Source of the DNA: Bryobacterales bacterium
GTDB taxonomy: Bacteria; Acidobacteriota; Terriglobia; Bryobacterales; Bryobacteraceae
Direction of reading: 5' to 3'
DNA: 64,000 bases
Assembly (NCBI GenBank): GCA_963763615.1
Contig: CAVXPI010000013.1
Coordinates: 718 to 64,717, forward strand
Shown: positions 46,618 to 57,002 of the stretch, piece after piece
Layout: each line of letters starts with the position of its first letter
How positions within the stretch are numbered: the first letter of the stretch is position 1
The notes under the pieces: generated by a model
Told to the model about the DNA's origin: nothing
Seen by the model: only the letters and a program-made list of their open reading frames with translations
The model's database searches: none
Made by a program: the position numbers and the translations under genes

Positions 46618-46654
46618 ATGCGTACCGGGCTCTAGTGCAGTTCGTAGTGACCGT

Positions 46655-47631
46655 CCCGACGGTGCGCGACCGCGTGGTGCAGATGGCCACGCTATTGATC
46701 CTGGAACCAATCTTTGAAGCTGACTTTGAAGATTGCTCCTACGGATTCCGGCCCAACCGGTCGGCCCATCAGGCATTGGACGAGATACGCGGTCATTTAA
46801 AGGCCGGGTATCAGGCGGTCTATGACGCGGACCTGAAAGGTTACTTCGACTCGATACCGCACGACAAGCTTATGGCTTGTTTGCGGATGCGGATCACGGA
46901 CCGGAGTGTCCTGCAACTCATCCGAATGTGGCTGGAAAGTCCAGTCGTAGAAGGAGGAGGAAGCAGTGGCGAGCCGGAGAAGTGGCGCCGCGCAGTGAAG
47001 GGGACGCCGCAAGGAGGGGTAATCTCTCCGTTGCTGGCCAACCTGTACCTGCACTGGTTCGACAAAGTGTTTTGTCGAAGTAGGGAAGCGGCAAAGGCGA
47101 AGGCCAAACTGGTGCGATACGCGGATGACTGTGTCGTCCTGGCGCCGCGCTTCGTGGGGCCGGAACTGAACCGATTTATCGAGGACAAACTGGAGACCTG
47201 GCTCGGGTTGGAGATCAATCGAGAGAAAACGCGGGTGGTCAACCTGAAGGAGGACAGAGCAAGCCTTGACTTTCTGGGCTTCACGTTCCGGTACCACAAC
47301 GACCTGAAGGGTCAAGGGTATCGGTATCTGAATGTTTCACCGTCGGCCAAAGCGCTGAAGAAGGAAAGGGAGAAACTACGCGAACTGACCAATGTCAGCC
47401 AGACGTATGTGCCGCTTCCCACCCTGATTCAGCACCTCAACCGGCACCTGGACGGGTGGGCCAACTACTTCCGCTTCGGATACCCGCGCGTGGCCTTTCG
47501 CGAAATCAACTGGTACGTTCGTGACCGGCTCAAGCACCACCTGAGCCCGGCGCAGCCAGCGGCCCTTCCGACCGCCGGAAGGGAGCAGCTACTACGACCA
47601 TCTCGACAAACTCGGGCTTCGGTATCTGTAG
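46655..47631 (+). pseudogene. Group II intron reverse transcriptase/maturase, C-terminal fragment with a 1-nt frameshift near the 3' end.
   Basis: It reads [41 protein letters not shown]...[17 protein letters not shown]...[12 protein letters not shown] (YADD)...[10 protein letters not shown]. After ..RLKHHLS the adjacent frame reads [27 protein letters not shown], ending at TAG 47629-47631. This implies an extra C in the CCC at 47546-47548. Confidence 0.8.
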
Positions 47632-47681
47632 GCTGTTCCGCGCAACTGCCTGAATACGTCTGCGATGAAGCGCTTTTCGGA

Positions 47682-47714
<33 letters not shown>

Positions 47715-47846
47715 GATGAGGGGGGAGTGGACCGCGCCTTACCGCGTCGTCCTCTCTCCTACTCTACCTACGTGAGAGCGGTCCGCAAAGGCTGTGCTTA
47801 ACTATGGAAGAAGGAAACCGCGCTCGTTTCCAACACGGAGTTCAAC

Positions 47847-50102
47847 TTGCGCAATCTACTCGCACTCTTTCTAACCATTTCCTTGGCCGCTGCTCAGACG
47901 CCCACGCCTACGGGCCCACTATTAGGCTTTAGTTCAGAAACCGCGAAAGTCGAACTGGATTGGGAAGCGCGTTTTCGCGCAATTCCCGAGGCCAAGCGGG
48001 TGCATGACAACATGCTGCACCTGGCGGCGCACCCGCATCATGTGGGCTCAGATTATCAACGGCAAAATGCCGAGTGGCTGGTGGCTCGCTACAAGGAATG
48101 GGGATGGGACGCCCACATCGAACGTTTTGACGTACTCTTCCCGACCCCGAAAGAGCGAGTCTTGGAACTGGTGGCGCCTCATAAGTATGTCGCTACGCTT
48201 GATGAACCGGCCTTGCCTGAAGATCCTTATACGCACGAGAAGAGTAGCCAACTTCCTGGCTATAACATCTACTCGGCCGATGGAGATGTGACCGCGCCGC
48301 TGGTATACGTGAACAACGGCATGCCAGCCGATTACGAAATTCTAGAGCGCCACAACATTTCCGTGAGTGGAGCTATCGTGATTGCCCGCTATGGCGGCGG
48401 ATGGCGTGGCTTGAAGCCAAAGCTTGCTGCCGAGCACGGCGCAGTGGGCTGCATCATCTACTCGGATCCAGCCGATGACGGTTACGGACAAGATGAAGTT
48501 TTGCCAAAGGGCCCGATGCGCCCACCCGGTGGCATTCAGCGTGGCTCTGTGGCGGATACCACGCTCTATCCGGGGGATCCGCTTACGCCGGGTATTGGTT
48601 CGGTTCCCGGGGCGAAGCGTCTTAAGATTTCCGAAGCGCAGACGATCATGAAAATTCCGGTGCTGCCCATTGGTTATGGGGACGCTCAACCATTATTAGC
48701 GGCACTCGCCGGGCCGGCTGTGCCAACGGAATGGCGCGGAGGCCTCCCGCTCACTTATCATTTCGGCCCGGGGCCAGCGAAGGTACATCTGAAGCTGGCT
48801 TTCGATTGGAGCCAGAAGCCCGTGCTCGATGTGATCGCGACGCTGAAAGGTTCGGAAGAGCCCGACGTGTGGATTGTGCGCGGGAATCACTATGATGGCT
48901 GGGTCAACGGCGCGGACGATCCGATCTCGGGGCAATCGGCGTTACTCGAAGAAGCACGCGCGTTAGGAGAACTTGCGAAACAGGGATGGCGGCCGAAGCG
49001 GACGCTCATCTACGCGGCTTGGGATGGCGAAGAGCCCGGCCTGATTGGTTCCACCGAATGGGCGGAAACGCATGCTGAAGACCTCAGCCAAAAAGGTGCG
49101 CTCTACCTAAACTCCGATGAAAACGGGCGCGGCTTTTTTAGCGCCGGCGGTTCTCATGAGTTGGAGGAATTGGTCAACAGCGTAGCGAAAGATATGGTTG
49201 ATCCCGAAACAAAGGTGTCTGTGTGGAAGCGGCAGCAGGCGTCTCTGTTGGTTCGTGGTGGCAGACGCACAGGCGGGACCCCGAACCCGGAAGTGCTGAC
49301 TCACAACACCCTGCCGATTGAGGCGATCGGCAGCGGTTCGGATTTCGCGGCATTCCTCGATCACTTTGGCATTGCTTCGCTGAACGTGGGGTTCGGTGGA
49401 GAAGATCGCGGCGGTACGTATCACTCCGCTTATGACACGCCGTGGTTTACCGATCACTTTGGCGACAAGGACGAAGTATACGGCCCCATTCTGGCGCAAA
49501 CTGCCGGTGTGCTGGTTATGCGCTTCGCCTCAGCGGACGTGCTGCCTTACGATTTCACAGCGATGGCCCGAACGCTGCGGCAATATGATCATGAACTGCA
49601 GGAACTGGTGAAGTCTCTGGAAAAAGACGCGGAGACACGCAAGCGAAATCTCGACATGCACGCTTACGCGCTGACCGATGACCCACAGCAAGGTCTGCAG
49701 GCTCCTCCGTCGCTTGTTCCGCCTCCCGAACTGGACTTTGCGCCGTTGAACGACGCCGTTGCCTCGCTGGAGAAGGCAGCTGCTGATTTTAATGCGGCTC
49801 GGCCCGGAATGGAGAGGCTTGCCCCAGAGCAACGGAAGGCAATCAATGCGGAACTAACGACGGTTGATCGGAAGCTCATCGGAGAGCAGGGATTGCCGCG
49901 CCGGCCATGGGTTCGAAATTTGATTTATGCGCCCGGAGTGTATGCCGGGTACGGGGTGAAAACGCTTCCTGGTGTGAGAGAAGCGCTGGAACAGGGACGT
50001 TTTCCGGAGGCGCTGGAACAGTTGAAGATCGTGGCGAAAGCGATCAATGACGAAGCGGTGTATATCGAGAAGATTGCCGCGGGAGCGGGTTCCGTGCGGT
50101 GA
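47847..50102 (+). CDS. M28-family peptidase with PA and transferrin-receptor-like dimerisation domains (glutamate carboxypeptidase II-like).
   Basis: It starts at TTG after GGAG and has a signal peptide. Motifs include IVIARYGGGWRGLKPKLAAEHGAVGCIIYSDP, RGNHYDGWVNGADDPISG and AWDGEEPGLIGSTEWAE. Confidence 0.88.
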   Translation: MRNLLALFLTISLAAAQTPTPTGPLLGFSSETAKVELDWEARFRAIPEAKRVHDNMLHLAAHPHHVGSDYQRQNAEWLVARYKEWGWDAHIERFDVLFPTPKERVLELVAPHKYVATLDEPALPEDPYTHEKSSQLPGYNIYSADGDVTAPLVYVNNGMPADYEILERHNISVSGAIVIARYGGGWRGLKPKLAAEHGAVGCIIYSDPADDGYGQDEVLPKGPMRPPGGIQRGSVADTTLYPGDPLTPGIGSVPGAKRLKISEAQTIMKIPVLPIGYGDAQPLLAALAGPAVPTEWRGGLPLTYHFGPGPAKVHLKLAFDWSQKPVLDVIATLKGSEEPDVWIVRGNHYDGWVNGADDPISGQSALLEEARALGELAKQGWRPKRTLIYAAWDGEEPGLIGSTEWAETHAEDLSQKGALYLNSDENGRGFFSAGGSHELEELVNSVAKDMVDPETKVSVWKRQQASLLVRGGRRTGGTPNPEVLTHNTLPIEAIGSGSDFAAFLDHFGIASLNVGFGGEDRGGTYHSAYDTPWFTDHFGDKDEVYGPILAQTAGVLVMRFASADVLPYDFTAMARTLRQYDHELQELVKSLEKDAETRKRNLDMHAYALTDDPQQGLQAPPSLVPPPELDFAPLNDAVASLEKAAADFNAARPGMERLAPEQRKAINAELTTVDRKLIGEQGLPRRPWVRNLIYAPGVYAGYGVKTLPGVREALEQGRFPEALEQLKIVAKAINDEAVYIEKIAAGAGSVR

Positions 50103-50153
50103 ACTGCCGCTATGGTATTCTGCGAGTGTCCGACGTTTTTCATTGAAGAGTAA

Positions 50154-50230
<77 letters not shown>

Positions 50231-50280
50231 ACCTCTTATCAGCAGCAGCTATTCCAGCCTTTAACGAAAGTATTTTTCTT

Positions 50281-50583
50281 ATGACACCGGGACATCCTGC
50301 TCCGAAATTGCACCTCACACAGACTGCCGAATACCGGGAAGGTTACGCGAATAGCGTGCAGATGCGTGTGAGCCTGTGGGATTTTTTTCTGATGTTCGGC
50401 ATGGCGAACCAGACATCGCCGGAAGCGGTCACGATCCAGAATTTCCAGGGCATCTATTTGAGTCCGCAGCAGGCGAAGGCCCTGTCGAACTTGCTGCAGC
50501 AAAACCTAAGCCAATACGAAGCGGCGTTTGGTGAGATCCGGCTGGACGCAAAAGAAGGCGGCCAAGGCCGCGTGATCCAGTAA
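50281..50583 (+). CDS. DUF3467-like small protein.
   Basis: It reads ..EYREGYANSVQMRVSLWDFFLMFGM...IYLSPQQAKALSNLLQQNLSQYE, a pattern I recall for DUF3467. Confidence 0.6.
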   Translation: MTPGHPAPKLHLTQTAEYREGYANSVQMRVSLWDFFLMFGMANQTSPEAVTIQNFQGIYLSPQQAKALSNLLQQNLSQYEAAFGEIRLDAKEGGQGRVIQ

Positions 50584-50592
50584 GGCCGATAT

Positions 50593-52144
50593 TTGCCGGC
50601 TAAACCTCGACGCCCGCCGATGCCGAAGTTGCCGCCCTTCGCGTTGATGGAAGAGCAGGCGCCGAGAAAAGTTAATCCTCTTCACCTGGTCATTTTTTTC
50701 CTGATCTTTGCGGTTCCGCTATTTCTCATTCATTTTCAGGTTCTGCAACTGCCCTATTTTTGGGATGAGTTAGGGCAATTTGTACCCACTGGCGCTTGAT
50801 TTGCTGCGGGGCGGCGCGCTGGTGGCGCACTCGGTAGTTCCGAATGTGCATCCGCCTGGTGTCGCGGCGTATTTGGCGTTGAGCTACAAGGTTTTTGGGT
50901 TCTCGAGCCTGGTTACGCGCTCGGCAATGTTGCTGTTGGCCGCGGGCGGATTGCTCATCACTTTCTTGCTGGCGATTGAGTTGAGCAAAGGAGCCAACGG
51001 CGCGCCGGCGTTTTTACCGCCAGTGTTCTTGTTAGTGTCGCCATTGTTCTTTACGCAAAGCATGATGGCGCAATTGGACATGCCGTGCATGGTGTTCACG
51101 CTGCTGGCGGTTTTCTTTTTCGTGAAGGAGGAATATGCGTGGTCGGCGGCGGCTTGCGTGGTTTTGGTGCTGGTAAAGGAGACGGGGATCGTCACACCGT
51201 TCGTGTTCTTTTGCGTGCTGGCGCTGCGAAAAGACTGGAGGCGGGCGAGCTGGTTTACGGCGCCGGCCGTGGCGTTACTCATTTGGTTGACCATTCTCCA
51301 CGCGAAGACCGGATACTGGCTCGGCGATGCCGAGTTTGCGCGCTATAACGTAAGTTACGCGCTGAAGCCGGCGCGCATGTTGATCGCGCTGGGGCGGCGG
51401 ATTTTCTATCTTTTCTTTGCGGAGATGCGCGTGGCCGGCACAGTGATCTTGACTGCGACCGTAGCGAAGTGCAAAACGTTTCATACGCGCGCCTGGGCTG
51501 TGGTAGCGGCGGTAGCCGGATTGAATGTGATTTTGGTTTCGGTTTTGGGCGGTGCGGAGCTGGAACGTTACTTACTGCCGTCACTGCCGTTGTTCTATAT
51601 TGCGGTCAGTATTGGCTTGACAGCCATTCGAAAGCCGTTGGCGATTGCGGCGACCGCTGTTATGCTTTTGGCGCTTACGTTTTTCATTCGTTGGAACCCG
51701 CCGTATCCGTTTCCGTTTGAGAACAACTACGCGATGGTGGACTTTCTGCATTTGCAGGCCGTGGCGAGCGCGTATGTGGACCAGAACTTGCGAGACCGGA
51801 GAATCGCGACGGCTTGGCCATATACAGGAGCGCTGCGCAATCCCGATTTGGGCTTCGTGCAGCGCAAGGTTAGAACGGTGGAGACGCATGATTTGCATTA
51901 CTCGTCGATCAAAGCAATTCCGGCGGAGCGTTTCGACACGCTGATCGCTTACACGCGCGAATGGGTTCCGGCGCCGAGTGTAACGGATAACCAATTCGTG
52001 CGGATGTTTCTGCGGCGCTTTTATCAATGGGAGCCGGATGTTACGCCGGAACAGTGTGAAGAGCTGGGTTTAGAGCAACGCATGTCTTGGATCTTGCACG
52101 GGCAGAGCGTCGCCATTTATACCCGTAAAGAGCATGGACAGTAA
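50593..52144 (+). pseudogene. ArnT/PMT-like (GT39/GT83-type) polytopic membrane glycosyltransferase with an apparent 1-nt frameshift near codon 66.
   Basis: The ORF 50593-50799 ends ..LQLPYFWDELGQFVPTGA*. The ORF from 50780 continues ..ALDLLRGGALVAHSVVPNVHPPG.. and is multi-TM. Skipping one G at about 50791 gives a continuous ..YFWDELGQFVPTALDLLRGG... ATG 50620 is an alternative start. Confidence 0.65.
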
Positions 52145-53279
52145 GAGACGGCGGGCCGCGTGGTGGGGCACGGTTGTGTTGTTCCTGGTGCACGGACTGG
52201 TGGTTGCCACCTGGATTTCGCGCATTCCGGCCATACAGAGCGCGCTGCGGCTCAACAATTTCGTGCTCGGGCTTACCTTACTTAGTTCGGCTATTGGCGC
52301 GCTTTGTGCCATTCCCATAGCTGGCATGCTGGTTGCGAAATTTGGCAGTAAACGGATTTGCGTTTTGGTCAGTACCGGTTTCTGTTTGAGCTTAGTGTTG
52401 CCTTCGCTCGCTGTCAATTGGGTCACTCTGGCACTGGCGTTGTTTGTTTATGGCGCTTGGGCTGCGGGGATGGGCGTGGCCATGAATTCGCAGGCAGTAG
52501 AAGTGGAGAGTGCGTTAGCGCGGCCAACGATGTCGCGCTTTCATGCCATGTTCAGCCTTGGCGCCATGATCGGCGCTGCCATAGGAGGTGCAGTCGCCGC
52601 CCGCGGATTCGGGACAGTTGGACACTTCCTGATTAGCGCTGCGCTAAATGCTGCGGCGATTTTGGCGGTTGGACGGTTGTTGTTAGACTCGCACGACCCG
52701 CACAAGAATGTCGACCACCGGTTGCCTTTTCGCAAGATGCCGCGTATCTTGCTGGCGTTAAGCGCCATTGCCTTTTGTATGTTTCTTTCGGAAGGAGCAA
52801 TGGCCGATTGGACCGCCTTGTACCTACGGCAAGTGTTGAAAGCCGGGCAGGGAACGGCGGCGATGGGGTATTCGGTGTTTTCGGCAGCGATGGCGACGAT
52901 GCGGTTTTTGGGAGATCTTGTGACGGCGCGGTTGGGGCCATATAGAGCAGTGAGAAACGGCAGTTTGCTAGGGGCCTTGGGCGTGGGTTGGGCGCTCTGC
53001 ATGCTTAATGCGGCTTGGGCTATGCCGGGATTTGGCTTGGCGGGCTGCGGGTTTTCTATCATTGTTCCACTGGTGTTTGGTTCGGCGGGACGGGTGAAAG
53101 GCGTGGCAGGCGGTGCGGCGATTGCGACGGTTTCGGGGTTCGCGTACATCGCCTTCATTGCGGGTCCGCCGGCGATTGGATTTTTGTCACAGTTAGTGTC
53201 TTTGCGCGGTGCGCTGTTGGTGGTAGTGGGTTGCTGCCTGATCTCGGCGTTCTTGTCGCGGGAGATGAATCGCCCGTGA
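52134..53279 (+). CDS. MFS transporter.
   Basis: The 381-aa ORF has about 11-12 hydrophobic segments. Its start overlaps the end of the preceding gene by 11 nt. Confidence 0.8.
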   Translation: MDSKRRRAAWWGTVVLFLVHGLVVATWISRIPAIQSALRLNNFVLGLTLLSSAIGALCAIPIAGMLVAKFGSKRICVLVSTGFCLSLVLPSLAVNWVTLALALFVYGAWAAGMGVAMNSQAVEVESALARPTMSRFHAMFSLGAMIGAAIGGAVAARGFGTVGHFLISAALNAAAILAVGRLLLDSHDPHKNVDHRLPFRKMPRILLALSAIAFCMFLSEGAMADWTALYLRQVLKAGQGTAAMGYSVFSAAMATMRFLGDLVTARLGPYRAVRNGSLLGALGVGWALCMLNAAWAMPGFGLAGCGFSIIVPLVFGSAGRVKGVAGGAAIATVSGFAYIAFIAGPPAIGFLSQLVSLRGALLVVVGCCLISAFLSREMNRP

Positions 53280-53415
53280 CGTCAGGTCCGGCGCCATTGC
53301 GGGAGTGCCCGGCCGCTATCAGAGCCTAGTAGTAGGGCCATAGGATTGCTCTGGGGGTATGATGAGGGGTGAATCGAAAGATGGTCCTCGGACATCAACT
53401 TAAGCGGAGATTTAA

Positions 53416-53748
53416 ATGGCTGAAAAGGATACGCTGACGTTTACAGACGCTGGCTTTGACAAAGAGGTTTTGGGCGCGGAAGTGCCTGTTCTGGTGGATT
53501 TTTGGGCTGAATGGTGCGGCCCTTGCCGCGCGATGGGCCCCACCGTCGATCAGGTAGCCGCCGAATACGCGGGAAAGGTAAAGGTAGGCAAGTTGGATGT
53601 GGATTCCAACCAGCAAACCGCCTTCCGCTATGGTATTCGTGGTATCCCCACTTTATTGCTCTTCAAAGGCGGCCAAATTCTTGAACAGCGGACTGGCGCT
53701 ATCGGCAAGCCCGAGTTCCAGAAGATGCTAGACAAGCACCTCTCATAA
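53416..53748 (+). CDS. trxA: Thioredoxin.
   Basis: It has VLVDFWAEWCGPCR and ..GIRGIPTLLLFKGG.. and is 110 aa. Confidence 0.95.
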   Translation: MAEKDTLTFTDAGFDKEVLGAEVPVLVDFWAEWCGPCRAMGPTVDQVAAEYAGKVKVGKLDVDSNQQTAFRYGIRGIPTLLLFKGGQILEQRTGAIGKPEFQKMLDKHLS

Positions 53749-55236
53749 ACGCTCTACAAAGGGCGTGAATCTGAGATCGCTCACAAACGGGTAGCTTGGT
53801 TTCCTTCGCCGGTTCTTCGGTAGGTGTTCCAAATCCTGATTTATGGCCCCATCTGAGAGGGCCATCAAGCTAGGATTTGCCAAAGGCTTCAACTCCGGCG
53901 AAAGGTACCCCGATTTCACCACGATGATCTTGAATTCTCTGGGTTCCAGGCCGAGCGAAGTGAAATCGATAATATCGTGAAATGGCCGCCGCTTGGCGGT
54001 CAAGACTACCTTAATTCCATCCCCAACTTCTACCACGGCGGTTCGTTCCGCTTTCGATAAGAAAATGACCGTTGCCTGTGCTTTGACGGGCTGGCTGCCA
54101 AGCGGGTCAAGCGTCGCGCCGATGGAAAGCGGAATCGTAGCGCCCACTCCAGCGCGATAGCATTCGTCGGTTCCCGGACGGTCGGCAATTCCGGCGAAGA
54201 CGACATTGCCGGCTTTTTGATGGAGCAACTCCGCGAGCACCTCCGCACGATCGCCAGTGCCACCCCCGGTCGGATTGTCGCCCGAATCGGCCAAAATTGC
54301 GGGCTTCGTTGGCGCTTCCATGGCCCACTTCACACATTCGGCAATAGTTCCGGTTTTGGTGCCGAACTGAAACTTCTCGCGCGCATTCCAATAGTCTTGC
54401 GCCAGCTTCAAGGCAATCCTCTTTTGCGTTCCAGCCGCGGTTCCGGTAACGACCGCACTGGCCGTGGAGCGCGGTTCGTCTGCCCAAACATAGCCGACGA
54501 GAAGCGATACGTCTAAGACGCCTGGCTGCTCGTTCAAATCCGGTAGCTGCGCCCACAGGCTCTTGCCTGGTTCCCACTCTGTGCTGGTGCGTTCGCCGGG
54601 CATCAATACGGGGATCGGTGCCCACGCCATGGTTGGCCGAACGCCTTGGTCTACACAGTGAATCAACATGTCGCACGAGCGCCGCATGGTTTCTTCGCGA
54701 TCAATGTGCGGGGCGGTGCGAAAGGCCGACAGCATGTTCAGATTAGTGATAATGCGCTTGCTGATGTTGCCGTGCAGATCGTAGCTGGCGCTGAGCAGAC
54801 ATTTGGGCCCAACGAGCTGGCGAAGTGCGGCATACCAATCGCCCTCGGAGTCTTCCATACCCTCCACGAACATCGCCCCGTGCATGGGCAGAAACACGCC
54901 ATCGAGCGGCAATAGATCTTTGATCCGCCGCAGGAATTCGGACTTAATGCTCTGATATGTGTCGGCGGCGACGGGACCGCCAGGAACGGCGGTTGCTACC
55001 AGGGTTGGCAGAAATGGATACTGGTAACTCTTCAGGAAAGCGAAGCGTTCGTTCTTGGCAAGATTGTCGCCACGCAGAATGGTAAAGTCTTCTTCGCGGG
55101 TTCGAATGCGCGAATAGGTGCTGCATTCGATGCTGATACCGCCAAAGGCGATGCGCTTCGCGCTAGCGGCCGGCAACAACAAGGCACTTGCAGATTGTAA
55201 GAGTGCTCGGCGCGTCAGCATGTCGTTAGCGAACAT
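53743..55236 (-). CDS. M81-family (MlrC-like) metallopeptidase with a Tat/Sec-like signal.
   Basis: It has TRRALLQSASALLLPAASA followed by KRIAFGGISIECSTYS, and an MlrC-like C-terminal domain. It is 497 aa. Confidence 0.75.
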   Translation of the reverse strand: MFANDMLTRRALLQSASALLLPAASAKRIAFGGISIECSTYSRIRTREEDFTILRGDNLAKNERFAFLKSYQYPFLPTLVATAVPGGPVAADTYQSIKSEFLRRIKDLLPLDGVFLPMHGAMFVEGMEDSEGDWYAALRQLVGPKCLLSASYDLHGNISKRIITNLNMLSAFRTAPHIDREETMRRSCDMLIHCVDQGVRPTMAWAPIPVLMPGERTSTEWEPGKSLWAQLPDLNEQPGVLDVSLLVGYVWADEPRSTASAVVTGTAAGTQKRIALKLAQDYWNAREKFQFGTKTGTIAECVKWAMEAPTKPAILADSGDNPTGGGTGDRAEVLAELLHQKAGNVVFAGIADRPGTDECYRAGVGATIPLSIGATLDPLGSQPVKAQATVIFLSKAERTAVVEVGDGIKVVLTAKRRPFHDIIDFTSLGLEPREFKIIVVKSGYLSPELKPLANPSLMALSDGAINQDLEHLPKNRRRKPSYPFVSDLRFTPFVERL

Positions 55237-56950
55237 TGAGGCTAAACGGCAGAATCTGCAGGACGCCGCCTTTCAACAATCCGCGGCTGGGCAAGCCCGG
55301 CAGCAGGGTGCGGATCTTTCTCTCGGCGGTTTCTTCTTCCAGGGCTTCGGGTGTCGCGTTGGAAAGCATTTCAAACAAACTGCGGCGCGCCGGGAACATC
55401 ACCAGATTCGTCTCGCCCGTTGCGCTCAGGTTTGCTTTCTTGCGCACAATCGCTATTACTTCGCTGAGTCCGCCGAGTTGATCCACCAAGCCGTTTTGTT
55501 TGGCCTGCGCGCCCATCCAAACGTGGCCCTGGCCGAGAGCGTCAATCTGCTCGAAGTTCTTTTTGCGCGAGGCGGCGACTTTGCCAACGAAAGACTTGTA
55601 GGTTGCCTCGATGGAATCGTGCAGCTTTTGGCGGCCGGCATCGCTTAACGGCTGCGTGGAATCGTCCAGACTGGCGAGCTTGCCCCGGCTGATTTGATCT
55701 TCGGTGACGCCTAGTTTGTCGAAGAGGCCATGGAAGTTGGGACGGATGTAAAGTACGCCGATGGATCCGGTCAATGTGTTGGGATAGGAAACAATTGGAT
55801 CGCCCGTCATCGATATGAAGTAGCCGCCCGACGCCGCGTAGTCCGACATGGAGATCGCCATCGGTTTGGCCGCGCTCAGTAGCTTCAATTCATGCAGAAT
55901 TTCATCCGATGCTACCGAATCGCCACCCGGCGAATTCACGCGCACGATCACGCCTTTGATAGAGCCATCGTTACGCACTTGCCGGATGACCTTGGCGAAT
56001 CCGCCGGAGGAGATATTGGTGGTATCGCCGAAACCTTCTTGCGGATCGCCGCGCACAATTTCGCCTTCACCCACGAGCACGGCGATCCGGTCGCCCTTGC
56101 CCGGCACGGATTTGAAATAGCTGCGGATGCTTACCTTGTTCAGATCGTTCGAGCCCGTGCGCTTTTTGAGGTCTGTATAAACCTGATCTTCATAACCGAG
56201 CTCGTCAATCAGGCCGTTGGCCTTTGCCTGGCTGGCCATGAATGGGCCGTTGTCGACCAGCGACTTCACCTGTTCGGTTGTCAGGTGACGCGATTGGCCG
56301 ATCGAACCGCAAAAGTTGTTGTAGATCTGGTCGAGGACTTGGTTCAGAACCTCGCGCGTCTCTGGCGTCATGCCGCTTCTGGTGAATGTGTCGCCCGCGT
56401 CTTTATACTTGCCGATGTGATCGACTTCAACTTGCACGCCCAGCTTGTCGAGCGAGTTCTTGAAGTACATCTCTTCCAGCAAGAAGCCTTTGACGTCCAT
56501 CATGTCGTCGGGTGATAGGTAGATTTTGTCGGCGACGGAGGCTAGATAGAATTCACGCGACCCGGGGCTCTGGAGGTACGCGTAGACGGGCTTGCCCGAC
56601 TTCTTAAATTCGGCGATCTCCTGGCGGATTTCCTGGAGCTTGGCCCAGCCTGCCGCGATGCCATGGGGCTGGAGGACGATGGCTTTTATCTTGGAATCGG
56701 TGGCCGCGTGGTGGAGGGAAGTCCACAAATCGCGAACTGTGGGCGCGGCTTGGATTCGACCGATCGGAAACGGAATCTCGACGGGCGCAGCTTCAGGGAC
56801 TTCGCCTTGGAGCTCTAATTGGAGTACTGCGTTGTCGGCAACCGTGGGCTGCTTGGAGGCAAATATGCGGCCAATCGCCAGAAGAATGATAATGGAGCCG
56901 AAGACCGCTACGACAATTCCGACCACAACCCCAAGGAAGAACTTCGCCAT
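55226..56950 (-). CDS. sppA: Signal peptide peptidase SppA, 67K (duplicated) type.
   Basis: It has an N-terminal TM anchor and two ClpP-fold halves. Motifs include VRVNSPGGDSVASD and DYAASGGYF. Confidence 0.88.
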   Translation of the reverse strand: MAKFFLGVVVGIVVAVFGSIIILLAIGRIFASKQPTVADNAVLQLELQGEVPEAAPVEIPFPIGRIQAAPTVRDLWTSLHHAATDSKIKAIVLQPHGIAAGWAKLQEIRQEIAEFKKSGKPVYAYLQSPGSREFYLASVADKIYLSPDDMMDVKGFLLEEMYFKNSLDKLGVQVEVDHIGKYKDAGDTFTRSGMTPETREVLNQVLDQIYNNFCGSIGQSRHLTTEQVKSLVDNGPFMASQAKANGLIDELGYEDQVYTDLKKRTGSNDLNKVSIRSYFKSVPGKGDRIAVLVGEGEIVRGDPQEGFGDTTNISSGGFAKVIRQVRNDGSIKGVIVRVNSPGGDSVASDEILHELKLLSAAKPMAISMSDYAASGGYFISMTGDPIVSYPNTLTGSIGVLYIRPNFHGLFDKLGVTEDQISRGKLASLDDSTQPLSDAGRQKLHDSIEATYKSFVGKVAASRKKNFEQIDALGQGHVWMGAQAKQNGLVDQLGGLSEVIAIVRKKANLSATGETNLVMFPARRSLFEMLSNATPEALEEETAERKIRTLLPGLPSRGLLKGGVLQILPFSLNVR

Positions 56951-57002
56951 ACTGGCAGCGTAGCAAGTCCGCCTGAGTGAAGACCGCCAGGGCGGACACT
57001 CG

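Larger units (their letters stand above)
43722..46654 (-). mobile_element. 2933-bp insertion carrying a three-gene large-serine-recombinase cassette, flanked by the identical 9-mer CCGACGGTG.
   Basis: The 9-mer lies at 43713-43721 and 46655-46663. Removing the insert plus one 9-mer restores GGA ATT CCG ACG GTG CGC GAC (GIPTVRD) in the RT frame. I saw no terminal inverted repeats. Confidence 0.75.

Noticed and set aside
46581-46654. N-terminal 25 codons ([25 protein letters not shown]) of the 406-aa RT ORF.
   Set aside because: This stretch is antisense read-through of the inserted cassette (it overlaps the DUF5372-like gene). RT homology starts only at PTVRDRVVQ, at 46655.
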